DNA of 63,339 nucleotides, counting the filler, from Polymyxa betae A26-41 (lineage: Eukaryota; Protista; Endomyxa: Phytomyxea), in NCBI GenBank assembly GCA_003693705.1. It is 5 parts of 5 records of this genome, joined end to end, with 100 filler letters (N's around TTAATTAATTAA, not from the genome) between each part and the next. Parts side by side here need not be neighbours in the genome. Positions count along the whole stretch, not along the records: positions 1 to 17,191 come from RBZT01000289.1; 4 more parts are not named here. One strand, written 5' to 3'. The position numbers were made by a program, and so were the translations under genes. Positions within the stretch are counted from its first letter, which is position 1. Each line of letters begins with the position of its first letter. Positions 1 to 11,689 of the stretch are shown in pieces. The notes under the pieces are model-generated. The model was given only the letters and a program-made list of their open reading frames with translations. It ran no database searches and was not told the DNA's origin.

Positions 1-189
1 CGAAAGCCGAGAGAGCGGTGTAGAAGTGAGGAGCCCTCTATTAACGCTACCCAAACTCGCGAAGACGCAACGACCGCCCACAGTTTGCTTACCACCGAGG
101 ACATTGTCAACATCCTATTCGGAACTTCCACCTAGGCAACACAGCATGAGGCCGCCGATGCCTGGTCTTCCCCGCTTCGGGATGCATCT

Positions 190-1150
190 ACGATGCCGTT
201 CGACCATGGGCTAGTACTTCAATCGGTCCTTTCCACTGATTCCCCATCAATGATGACCACTCACGGAAACAGCGCGGTCTCGGGCTTTCAGCACTTACGG
301 GTTCCGCCACCTCTGCCCGTATCCGAGCGCCTACGCGGCCTCGAGGACTTCCCCACCTGGGAGGTCAGGGTCCTTTAATCGACTCAGGCAGCACAATCTG
401 GACCGGTACGCCCTTGGAGAAGTGGAATGCCCCACGGCTACATCGGACATCATATGTTCGTGTCATGGGATGAATTATGATTTCTTCCACGCGGTTGACC
501 GAGCCACGCTCGGTTATTTGGCTGACAAGTTGACAGATAATATTTTTTCATTATCAACTAGTTGCCTGACGGCCCAGCAACTTTGGACTAAAGTCCAAAA
601 TGAATTCGGGTCCGGCAAATCGGACCAACGCGAAGCTCTAATAACCCAGCTTCACGCTCAAATGGATGCGCTCTCTTTTCCATCCAAACCGGAGCGCATC
701 GAGGACTTTTTCGGTCAAGTCGACTCGATCGTGTCTCGATGCCTCAATCTTGGCGACACGTCCATGAGCGAGCGCGCACTAGCTTGCTCTGAGGATTGTC
801 CGAGAGTTTTCGGGCTCTCGCACACGTCATGATGCTATTGCGCAGCGCCTAACATGGACGGAGCTGAAGCACAAACTCAGACTTATCCCATTGTTTGATG
901 GGTCTCCACTGCAATCCCAGGAGGCTGCGCGCAACAAGCACAACAATAACAGCCGGCGGTCTACTCACGATAATCCTATCAAGTGCGGATGTTGTAGTGT
1001 CTTGGGTCACGAGGAGGCTGTCTGCCGCAATTTAAACGTAAGCGCACCATAGATAACCTGGAGATTGAGAAGCCCCAGAAGCCTCCCAAGACAAAGACTC
1101 CGGCTAACGGTAAGAAGGAGAAGAATAACCAGAAAATCGGATTATCGCTA
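190..1150 (+). mobile_element. Degenerate Ty1/copia-like gag remnant with CCHC zinc knuckle
   Basis: Frameshifted pieces (ERLRGLEDFPTWEVRVL; TAQQLWTKVQNEFG) and a CX2CX4HX4C knuckle CGCCSVLGHEEAVC at 984-1025. Confidence 0.6.
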
Positions 1151-2325
1151 CACTCGGTTATCAAGAGATCGACTTTTGAAATGTCTCCTTTCTCCATACG
1201 AAACATTAGTATGATGGTCGAATTTTTTGGAAAGTGTTAAAAAATTAAGTCCTATGGACGTTGCTGCTTCAATTTGAGTCGATTTCGATGGTCAGAAGAA
1301 AAAGTTCCTAGCTCGATTCGCAACACATGATGCTTGGAAGACGGATCAAATCACCGTCGAGTCGTCCTTTGACGAATATTATAACACGCTTCTGTCTTTT
1401 CGCGAGAGTTTGGGTCGATATACCATTTATCTGACGCAGCATTGGACGAACTGGGAAATAAAAGAATGCTATTCTGATGGCACTGCATGGGATCAACGAT
1501 TGGAGCAAGAAGCAGGATATGATGGCACAGAAACAATAGCTTCAGAGCCAAATTTATCACAGTATAATATTTAAAGCAGTTTTAATCATATTAATTAACA
1601 CGTGCAATATTTTCCAGATACAACCGAAGACAGGAGTCCGTCTGTGACCAATAGATTGATTTTCTATGAAGACACTGAACCGGGATTAGAACATCCTGTC
1701 GTTCCACAAATGGTACACGAAATTAATGTCCATTGCCCGGCCCGAAGGTGCCTGGAAGGATTATCTCGTGCGGATATGAAGCTGCATGTTCAGGAGGTGG
1801 GTCTCTAGGCTATCAACCAATTTCGTTTCATGAATCTGTTTCGAATTAACAAGAAACGAACTGGGACGTTGGCCGCTCTACGGTATCTGATGCCGTAAAC
1901 AACCAAATGATGACAGGGTTTGACGATAACTTTATCAGCGATGACGAGCCTCGGGATTCCGGCGGCGCAACCCGACTGCAGCTCAAGAGAGCTCGCCTTC
2001 TCCATCAGTAAGCTGGGCGAGTTGGTATATAGGCTCGAGTCCATCCTACGAGTACGATCTGTTAGCGGGATATCAATGGTCTGGTTAGAGGGCCGACCAG
2101 AAGTATGATAGCGTCAATTAAAGCGGCAAGATACCGAAACCGGTTGTATGAGCTCCTGATAGTTCAAGCTATGTGCTTTAAGACTCTTCGCAGCCCCTGT
2201 CAAAACGAAATAGAAAGATCCAATCCATTCTATTGGTCTGTTGGATACATTTCTCATTTCCAAGAACAGACGGAAAATGGAGAGCTGTTTCAAATTGAAC
2301 ATTCTTTACTGATGAAATAATCTTG

Positions 2326-2460
2326 TCACTTGTCAGCATTAACAGCAGATAGAGCAGGACATTGTCCAGTATGACCAGGACAGTGATTCTGTTTAAATTG
2401 ATAATGATCTATATAATCTCCAAATAGATGAGAGAAATAATTGACATCATTATTACAATG
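2326..2460 (-). pseudogene. Inverted fragment of the Cys/His-repeat family (paralog of 16508-16625)
   Basis: The reverse complement is nearly identical to 16508-16625 and encodes HCNNDVNYFSHLFGDYIDHYQFKQNHCPGHTGQCPALS. Confidence 0.7.
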
Positions 2461-2566
2461 ATGTTCAAGACAGTGGAAATAGAGCAAAAACTGCGCGATG
2501 AAATTGGGTTTCGCCAAAACCACGCAAGGGTTATACAAAGACGACCAGACTCTCTTTTGTCTGGCA

Positions 2567-3920
2567 ATGTTTGGCCGAGCGATTCCCTTCCTCATACTGA
2601 CTCTATCTGAGTGCTTCGCGGCATTCAGTCTTGGGCCTTGTAATGTTACAGACTCTCTGGAAGACACTCCTGATAGAGTCTTTCCTTTCGATCTCAATAT
2701 CAGTGTCTATCCTCCCGATCTTAATGTGAGTCTTTATTCTCCCGCCCTCACCGACATAGGAGTAAGATTTCTGTATCAGGAAGAAGTCACATCTCTCCTA
2801 CCTGATATTGGGACACTAACTGTACTACGATGTGTCACGGAATGCTGTCAGAAAGATCTCCGGAGATTTCAAGCACTCTGGGAGAATCCCTTCAATCATT
2901 GGAAACTCAAAAAATGTTCTGGAGATGAATGTCGATCCAAACTGTTAACTGCCCATCATTCTCTGAATCAGGTCCGAGATGGTTCTTTCATCTCTATTGA
3001 CCCTCTTGCTCTCCAGGATGACCAAAATCCCTCCCTAAAACGGAAGAAACTTAATTCACCACGAAATGATTTCGTTCTGCCAATGTTTGGCCTTCTGCCT
3101 GAATTTCTGAAATTTTTTGATTTTAATGTGGAGAACGTCGCAGGCTACACCTCTCTGTGTGCTTTTCTGGTGAGATTTATTCATATTGAATGGGGATTCT
3201 CACACTGAATCTGTAATTCAGAAAAAGCTGCCTGATGATGATGAGTACGCATTTCTTACTGATAGAAACATATTGTTCCAATCAATGGGCAGAAAACGCG
3301 CTGCAAAAGACCCCCCTTATTATCAAAGTTCTCGATGATCAGCTCATATTGGCCGAAACCTCGGAAATTTCAAGTTCGGAGACCACGTTACAGAGGTTGA
3401 TATTGGTGGCCAGTTTATGTTTAAAAATAATTCGGGCCAAGATTACCGACCCAACACGGAACCTGAAACGTGAAGGATGTAACCCTTGGCTACAGCGAAC
3501 ATGTTACCCAGTGCTTTTCTGTGTTAGAATTTGCTGTCAGAATGATCTTCGGGTTTTTATATCTCGATGGGGAAATCCGTTTCTTCATAGTCATTTTAAT
3601 GATTTTTGTTCTGGTCACAATGGCAAGATTAAACAGTGCGGATTTGAGACTCTCATTGTCAGTGACAATACGAAAGTTTCGCTTAAATCACGACTAGTTG
3701 GTGATAGAGAAGGACAAGTTCATTGTCTATTGAGATATTCTATGAAGGGATTAGAGACGGTATAACTGGGTTCAAGTTTATTTGTGGTTTTCTGATTATA
3801 TCACAGAAGAGCTTGTTGGAGTGTATTCAGCTAATGAATGATGAACTGAAGAAGCGGAGATTGACATATTCTCCTGATCTGAGTGGATATCTCGAACATT
3901 CTGTAAATCTGGGACATTGA
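2567..3920 (+). CDS. Multi-exon secreted protein with Cys/His-rich repeated module, copy A (possibly pseudogene)
   Basis: ATG 2567 begins a signal-peptide-like MFGRAIPFLILTLSECFAA. Two CxxxCCxxDLxxF..W..xFxH..CSG modules. GT-AG introns inferred by comparison with copy B; 3' end approximate. Confidence 0.55.
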
Positions 3921-4249
3921 GCTGTTCCATTCCGATATCGAATAACACGCGTAATATGTCATTTTCAGATAGATTCGGTATTCAAACCGGAGCTATTAAT
4001 AAAAATCATGTAACATACAATATGAAAGCTCCGGACCTAGGCACTGCGATTTTTGTTGAAAATATTTTAATTCTCAATTTTATTAGATTTAGAATTTTAA
4101 TTTTAAAATTAACACGTATTTAAAAAAAAGGAATAACTGATTGGCAAAGGATAGAGGTCATGTTTGGGTTGAATTGTTTTTTTTTATCCATAAACTCAAA
4201 TAAACCAAGATTGGCTCGAACACACGCATTCAATCACGGCCAAAACAAA

Positions 4250-6039
4250 TCACGCCAATTGCATATTGCAGACTTTCTTGTAGAGGTCGGAAGCAGTTGG
4301 CGGCGGTGGCACGGACGCCAACGCGTCTCGGACGCCGCTGGCGTACTGGCCATCGATCTGCTCCAGGCGGCCCAGATACCGCTGTTGCACGTCCATGCCG
4401 CAGAAGCGCAAACACATCGCCGTGTTCATACACAGCCGGGTCTGGGCTTTCGGGTCCAGCACGTCCCGCACGAAACGACGCACTTGATCGAATTCGCTGT
4501 CGGTGCCTTCATGCAGGCTGGATGTGTTGCGGGCCAGTACGCCCTCGATCTTGACGGGCTGGAAATTGCCGCTGCGGTCGACTTGCTGACGGTCGCGCTC
4601 CCCAGCATTGTACTGCGGCAGACCAACGCCGTTGAAGTCGGCTCGAGCCAGGCCTATGATCACACATCAATCGAAACCCTAAAACCCTAACCATAACCCC
4701 TACCGTCGCGTGATTGCGGACTTACGAACGAGGCCATGAAAGGACAGTTGACGGGAACTTGGTGATGGTTGACACCGAGCCGATGATACTGCGCGTCTCG
4801 ATAGAAGAACATACGCCAGTTGAGTAGCAGGTCCGGACTTGGCTCGATTCCGGGGACCAGGTTCCCGGGGCTGAACGCGGCCTCCTCCACGTCACGGTGA
4901 TAATTCTCGGGGTTACGATTGAGAACGAGACGCCCGATCTCCTTCAGCGGGAAATCCGCGTGCGGCCACACTTTCGTCACGTCGAACGGGTCGAACGGAG
5001 CCTGCGCGGCCTGCGCCGTCGTCATGATTTGCACGTAGGCGGTCCACTTGGCTTCGCGGCCTTCTTCGATCCACTGCCACAGGTCGCGCTTTGCGAAATC
5101 CGGGTCTATGCCGGACATCAGCTCGGCCTGCTCATGCGTGAAATACTTGGTGCCGTCGTCCGGACGGAAATGGTACTTGATGTAGACATGCTGGCCCTGG
5201 GCATTCACCCATTTGAACGTATGACAGCCGAACCCGTTCATGTAGCGAAATCCGACGGGTGTGGCGGAGTCCGAGAACAGCATGGCCCCGGCATGCATGG
5301 ACTCCGGATTCGAGGACAGAAAGTCGAACCAGGATTCGAAATCCAGAAGGAAACTGTTTGGGTGACGCTGCTGCGATCGGATCACGTCCGGCCCTTTCAT
5401 CGGGTCGCGCACGAAGAAGATGGGCCAGTTCAACCCGACCAGGTCGTAGTTGCCCTGTTCTGTGTAGAATTTTATAGCAAAGCCGCGCGGATTGCGGCCG
5501 GAATCCGGAAACTCGCGACCGTATGTCACCGTGCTGTTCAAACTTTAGCTAAATGTTTTACGTACGCTTAAAACGAACAGAAAATTCAAGATTTAGCACA
5601 AAAAGTCCATAACTTTAAAAAAAAGTTGAAACTGACTTAGATGAAACATGGAAAAATGAAAAATAACTCAATTTGAGCCCTCTAATTATGATTTTTTGCT
5701 GATGTTATACCTGAAACGGGAGAAAACCGGTGTTCGCTTGCCGACCTCGGATAAGAAGCCAGCTTTAGTTAAGGATGAGACGTCCTTTGTGACCTCGAAG
5801 TAGCCGAAAGCGCCAGAGCCGCATGGATGGACCATGCGCTCCAAGGTCTTCGCACGATTGAACGTCTGCTGTTTTTCAAACAGGAAGGTATCGGAAGAGA
5901 CGGGTCGTCCCTGGATCTGCAGGGCGTGCGTCGTCGAAGGCAGAACATGACCGAAGGCGGTCGTCGCCATCGACATCGTGTCCTGGCTGGGGGCGGTGGA
6001 CCCAGTCAGACGGGAGATGATCGCTGCTGGGCTCTCCAT
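4250..6039 (-). CDS. CAT: Monofunctional heme catalase (exons 6039-5711, 5533-4704, 4653-4250)
   Basis: ERMVHPCGSGAFG (distal His), RFSTV, NPRGFAIKFYT, DLVGLN and the proximal-ligand motif RMFFYRDAQYHRLG. In-phase GT-AG introns. Confidence 0.95.
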
Positions 6040-6250
6040 CTTCGACAAAATATGGATCGGGTCGGCGATAAACAGGCTTAGGAGAGTGAATTCATCGGAG
6101 TTGTGACATATCTCCACTCTCGGTTCCACAAGTTCGAAAACTCCGCGCTCGAGAAATTCACAGGATGTTCATGGAAAAAGCAGCGCTGCCCGATACCGAC
6201 ATTCAGTAGGTACATTATCAGAAACTCAGAATCTGCCACTTTTGCAACGA

Positions 6251-6505
6251 CGCAGTTTCTGAGGACGACGCAATACTGACGGTTTTACTTCGCAGTTTTT
6301 ATTCGCAGTTTCTTTCTGAATGTCAGAAGCTGGAATTTCAAACATTTTGTGAAGCCGCAGTCTCTGCGACCTTCGCAGTTTATACTTTGTAGCCGCAGTT
6401 TTCTGCGCAGTTTATACTTTCGACAGGCGATTTCAATCGGTTTTCCACGTTTTGTCAATCCGCAGTTTATCTCGATGACCCGCGCAGTTTCTGGTGCGCA
6501 GTTTC
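6251..6505. promoter_or_regulatory. Cluster of CGCAGTTT motifs in the divergent catalase/hypothetical-gene intergenic region
   Basis: Nine exact copies (6251, 6291, 6304, 6374, 6394, 6406, 6461, 6483, 6497) and one variant (6356), all in the same orientation. Confidence 0.5.
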
Positions 6506-6538
6506 GGACGGTCAAAGACCTCCATTGAGATTTCATTG

Positions 6539-8647
6539 ATGACTCGATGCTGTCTAGGTCGTGCGCCCCGGCTAACGACCACCGCCGGCCCTGATCAGAC
6601 CCAAGCACCGCTTAATCCTTATGCCGTCGCCTTCCACGGCCGCTTGCTACCGCCGTCTTGCTCCCCGACCTATCCTATCTACGCCATCCAAACACCGCCA
6701 TACAATCTCTTCGATGCGGAATCTCGAGCTAACGCCATTGTCACAATGACGAAAATCCAAAGCTGTAACGCTCCTTTAAAAACGATCTACATCGTTATGA
6801 GCGTCGGTGCCGATATCGTCGACGAATTGTTATTCTTGCATCATATCTACGGGTTCACGCGACGTGATCATATTCGTTTCGTCGTGGACGAATTCGGTGA
6901 ACATGTGGTCGCCGACCTCCAGCAGCAGTTTGAGGCGGTGTTTCCTGGCGCCGCCCTCAGCGAACAATGGGTCCTTCCGAACAATGTCGCATCTCTGCAG
7001 CGTGATTTACTCGAGGCTCATACACGCCCTGATATTGTACCTAATTTCTACCAATTCACCTGTATGACGTCTTCTTTGTTTCTTAATTTAAACGTATTTT
7101 GGTTGGTCACAATTCGTTTTTGCAATATTTGCAATGTTGTTGAGACTTCCATTTTTCAAATAGTGTCAAACTGTTTCTAAATATTCAAAAGTGTCCGATA
7201 TTTGAGTTTCAGGCTTCATTTATTGATTGCTTTATTAGATGCATTAAATGACTCTGTTCCACAAGCCGTCTCTATTCTGCGCCTTGTTCGTGCTTTCCTG
7301 CATTCGAAGATGCAGATTGTCAGCGATCTCAATCCGGAAGCAATGTCGGAGCTGTTTGGGATGAATTGTCTGGATCTTCGCAATATTTGCGAATTGTCTC
7401 AAACCGATCCCGAACAGGCTCAGATTCAGTTTCTGACGCATCTTTTTGGGCGATATTCCCCCCTGCAAATATCCGCCTTACTGATGGCGTTCTGCGAAGT
7501 TATTCGCGATAATTTCTATGATCACTCGAGGTTACTCGATGACATTCTCTGTGTACTACCTGCGCATGTAAGCGATGCTCACTTTTTTTCATTTTTCTGC
7601 CTTTTTCTTTTTTCGACAAAGGGCTTCGTAACGCTCACAGGACTACGTTTTTGAAACGTTTGTTACTTCGTCTCGATAATTTTTGCATCCTTTTTGTCTA
7701 ATGTGCCATTAACGTGTCGATTCAGCCGCCCTGGTTGCGATCTTACATGTTCTCGCTGGTTGAAAGCGGTCGTGTACAATGCGCTGCACGTATTGCTCGA
7801 TACATCACTGATCCAGACGATATTGCTGCAGCGTTGATTCGTGTTGATGGCCGATTCGAATTCTGTCAGTTTCTTCATGAATTTCTTGGACCAGGACCCA
7901 CGAGTTTCAAAGTGTCTGATTTCAGGTAGCAGCGCACATGTCTTGTTTTTCCTTTGAAGTTTGCTCCCAGCTTTCATCTTGTTTGTCCTTTTCTTGAATC
8001 TGAACCGTTTTTCGTTTTGTTTTTCCAAGTTTCTGACTCCTTAAAGGCTTTTTATGGAGAAATGCGGTGTGGTTTCGGAATCGCGATTTCCCGGGGAACA
8101 ATTACATCATGAGGCTCTTCAGCTGACCTACGCCGAGATCTCTCAACCTGATCGCTCTTCGGTTCTACAACATCATCGTCAGAGTCTTCAATCCGGTGCG
8201 ACTGCCGGCGCCGTTTCCGTCGACCACGTGTACGACCGATTATGCGTCTTCTTCGCGACGTCGTCTGCAACCACCGCCAGCGATCTTCGTTTTGTATTGC
8301 ACGAACTTCTAGACGATGCGGAAATTCGAGCGGGTCTTTGGAAGCGGTTTACACGACCGAGCGATTTTATGCGTCGGGATCCGCACGGGCTCGTTTTACA
8401 GATTTGTCATGTTTCAGTGGACGATGCGATCGCTTTATTGGATCGCATTGCCGATCATGACGATCTGAGGCATTACAGCCCTGAAAGTTCCAGGTACTAT
8501 CCGCTGCTCTCAATCCTACCAGAGCACGACCCTCGTGTTGTTGCCGCCGTGGAACGCGTCGCAAAACGGCCCAATTCTGACGGACTTGTTTCGGCCTTTA
8601 AACAGTTCGTGATCGGTGCTGATCGGATTCGGGCAGATCTGCTTTAG
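6539..8647 (+). CDS. Hypothetical protein, 4 exons (~6539-7061, 7239-7567, 7726-7925, 8047-8647)
   Basis: Four open frames joined by phase-consistent GT-AG introns with pyrimidine tracts. No family recognised; start codon uncertain. Confidence 0.7.
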
Positions 8648-8908
8648 CAATGATTCGGTGTTTATTGTATCGAGTATTTATTATACACTTCCTTATCATT
8701 GTTGAAGAAGCCTTCATAGCAACTAACCCGATTCCACTATCTATAATCAGACTTTGTTTTGACCAAAGAGTTTCCCATCTGCTGGATCATTTCGTTGAGG
8801 GCAATCCCATTGATATTTTTCCGATCGATCGGCAGTACAAATCTCGCGCCAATCTGAAATTGCACATTCTGTAATCAATCGATTTGTTCGCAGAAGTGAT
8901 AGTTGATA

Positions 8909-10180
8909 ATGGTAAAGCCCCTTCGTATAGATGTCCCAAACTGCATATTCGTTGAGAAAGGCGCCAGCGGAGATATCCATCTGAATAAGGGCTACCATGA
9001 CGAAAACATCATCGATGAATTCGAGCTGCTGTATACCGAGCATGACGACGGCCGGTCGTACTTGCTCAACCCGAAACACGTCATACAGTCGGTGGCCCTC
9101 AACGACGAAGTTAAACAAGTGATCGTGTTTATTCACGGACATAATTGTACCCGAGCCGAAGCGTACAGTCACTTCGAGGAAATGATTCCGCAGATCTCGG
9201 AGCGATTTGGCGCCGAGCTGCGCTCGCAGACCAAATACCTTTGCGTTACATGGAGTGCGAGATGTAACGATAGCATGGTGCCATGGTGTCTAAAAGGGCT
9301 CTGGAGAACCGTCACAGAACCGCTCGGATGTCTGGGCTATGTCGAGGACCTGGATCGTATTACGTATGCGACGACCGGCATCACTTATCTGCTGAATGCG
9401 ATCGCACGTAAAGGGAAGCGTGTCCATATCATAGCTCATAGTATGGGCTGTCAGGCTGTCATCAATTATCTGTCCCAACTCTCCATCTATCAGTACGTCT
9501 TAACGCGACCCTTCTTCCTGGGACGAGGCGACACGCAGTCCGAATCGCGCAAGGCCATCATCACACGGATCGTCCGCAACATCGGCAGCGTGGCCCTACT
9601 GGCCCCGGATGTCCCCACGCATCGGATCAAGTCGTTCTTCCGCGAGCATTATCCGTCGTTCTGGAACAATGGCGGCCTGGAGAGGTTCGCATTCATCTCC
9701 AATAATTACGATCTGCCGATTCGGGCGTCGGAGTGGCTGCGTCTGGGGTCCAGCAGGGCCGGGATTCCCGATAATATTTTGCCGTGTCTGGAGGTGCTGA
9801 AGGGCGTCAAGTTGACGAAACCGCTGGACGAGGACACGACCCCGGTGCCGTTGTATGATCTGAGAGAATGGCGCGTCCTGGGCCACGGCCTGTATAAGAA
9901 TTCGAAAGCGCTGGAACGTATTGCTGAAGCAATCCTGGATGCGGTCAAGGGCCAGCCTGCTTCCGATCTGGGTCCGGGCGAGGAAGATGATGAATGGCAG
10001 ATGTTTGAGGGTTCTGATGATCAGACCAAGAAGAAGGACGAAGAGGTCGCACCTCTGCAAGCCTCGAGTGGGCTGAGACAGCGGCCTCTGGTCAGACGGG
10101 TATTGCGACGGAGCACTGTCCCAGCCAAGGTCATAGAGATTGAAGAGAAACAGTGTCCATATAAATATGTGCCGCTCTAG
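8909..10180 (+). CDS. Intronless alpha/beta hydrolase, DUF900-like esterase/lipase
   Basis: VIVFIHGHN, nucleophile elbow HIIAHSMG, LLAPDV, and a candidate catalytic His in GHGLY. Confidence 0.8.
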   Translation: MVKPLRIDVPNCIFVEKGASGDIHLNKGYHDENIIDEFELLYTEHDDGRSYLLNPKHVIQSVALNDEVKQVIVFIHGHNCTRAEAYSHFEEMIPQISERFGAELRSQTKYLCVTWSARCNDSMVPWCLKGLWRTVTEPLGCLGYVEDLDRITYATTGITYLLNAIARKGKRVHIIAHSMGCQAVINYLSQLSIYQYVLTRPFFLGRGDTQSESRKAIITRIVRNIGSVALLAPDVPTHRIKSFFREHYPSFWNNGGLERFAFISNNYDLPIRASEWLRLGSSRAGIPDNILPCLEVLKGVKLTKPLDEDTTPVPLYDLREWRVLGHGLYKNSKALERIAEAILDAVKGQPASDLGPGEEDDEWQMFEGSDDQTKKKDEEVAPLQASSGLRQRPLVRRVLRRSTVPAKVIEIEEKQCPYKYVPL

Positions 10181-10423
10181 CTATTGAACGCACAAAATTC
10201 AAACGCTGATTACAGAAGCGGATATTCTCGTGATAAATTCTGAAAAGTACTTTTCAGAATCGCGCACAGTTTGTTTGCGGAAATTTTTCGCAGTTTGTTT
10301 GCGGAAATTGTGCGCAGTTCTCCTTTGGTTACTGTTACCTTGATGAGTGGAACAAGCCGCGCAGCCCACTCTCACAAACTCGTGAGTGACCAACACTGAG
10401 CGGCCTCCGCGCCGCTGCTCTTA

Positions 10424-11689
10424 ATGAAACGGCTCCTTTGTGTGATCGGCGTCGCTCTATGGACACAGCCCATTCTGGCATCGGCTGTGAGCGACCTCTA
10501 CGACACCGCAGACTGGGGTTCGCTTCCGGCAGATATCTTTGGCCATTCCGCCAATTTCGTTACCGACAGGCGGTCGCTGACATCGCTCAGCTCTGTATCG
10601 AAATCGATCCGTCAGGCCGTGCTTCATTCACAGACTTGGCATTTTGCTTCAGAAATCAGCTGGCAATTTCGTTACACTCCGGACCCGGTAGATCCGGAAT
10701 GGATTCGCCGATTGGGTGATCAGATAGAGGCCACACCTCATTATCGCTCTCTACTACTGAGTATCATCAACCCTGATCGTCTACTCGTCTTTCTGGACCG
10801 GTTGAAACGATCGAAAATTTCCAAAGATGACGCCAACTTTATTGTTGGCCAACTGTCTCGGAGTTTCCCTGTGTCCGCTGTGAAAGAGGTCTTCTCTCCG
10901 GACTTGGTCTACCGTTTTTTCTATGGCTGGAGTAATGTCAAGTTCAATGACCAGTTAACTTTATGGGATCTGGTTGATGACCAGCACGATTTCGAGCTGC
11001 TGCGCGCGGCCTTCCCCCTTCACTTGGTCAAACACTTAACTGAACGCCGAAAACTTCAACCTGAATATCTGAGTATCCTATACCGCTTCTTGAATTTCAA
11101 TTACTTTGAGAAGGGTCGGCCTTTGTTCCTGAAGTTTATGGACCCTGAGAGAATCGCCGACCCGAACATACTGCGACTGCTTTTGCGGATTGGAATCCGA
11201 TTCCACATCTCTGATCTGTTGCAAAGGTCACGAGATGCCGCCACAATTCGGACGTGCTGGCCCTACCTGGATAAAGTGCACTTTCATGACAGCTGCCGAA
11301 AGATCGTACTGGCCCACCTGCAACAGGATCGCGTCACAGACTTCCTGAAATCAATGCTTTTCTTTGCGGATCCGGATCATGAGGAGATGTTCCGTGTTCC
11401 TCCCGGACTCCGAAGCCTGGTCCGCTCCGGCACCCAATTTCTTGGCATTATGCGAACAACGATCCTGCCGAACCTGATCAATGACAGCATAGAGTACGGT
11501 GATAAGACCCTGTTACATTGCGCCGCTCAGGCCGGGGCTAGTACGATGACCGAGTTTCTGCTGGGCGTTCCCGATATCAATCTGTATCGGCGCGATAACG
11601 TGGGCAAAATTGCGCTGGATTATGCGAAGGTGTCGTCGACAACGTACGATTTGATTGCGACCGCTATGAACAGAATCGTCAACGATTAG
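10424..11689 (+). CDS. Intronless secreted protein: signal peptide, F-box-like motif, C-terminal ankyrin repeat
   Basis: MKRLLCVIGVALWTQPILA (signal-like); WGSLPADIFGHSANFVTDRRSLTSLSSVSKSIR (F-box-like); YGDKTLLHCAAQAG...TEFLLGVPDINLYRRDNVGKIALDYA (ankyrin). Confidence 0.8.
   Translation: MKRLLCVIGVALWTQPILASAVSDLYDTADWGSLPADIFGHSANFVTDRRSLTSLSSVSKSIRQAVLHSQTWHFASEISWQFRYTPDPVDPEWIRRLGDQIEATPHYRSLLLSIINPDRLLVFLDRLKRSKISKDDANFIVGQLSRSFPVSAVKEVFSPDLVYRFFYGWSNVKFNDQLTLWDLVDDQHDFELLRAAFPLHLVKHLTERRKLQPEYLSILYRFLNFNYFEKGRPLFLKFMDPERIADPNILRLLLRIGIRFHISDLLQRSRDAATIRTCWPYLDKVHFHDSCRKIVLAHLQQDRVTDFLKSMLFFADPDHEEMFRVPPGLRSLVRSGTQFLGIMRTTILPNLINDSIEYGDKTLLHCAAQAGASTMTEFLLGVPDINLYRRDNVGKIALDYAKVSSTTYDLIATAMNRIVND

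Noticed and set aside
1351-1560. Adaptor-complex sigma subunit fragment (ILLF...KWY)
   Set aside because: Similarity is limited to a few residues and does not continue.
4160-5571. Long + strand ORFs (4160-4690, 4897-5571)
   Set aside because: Antisense shadows of GC-rich catalase exons.
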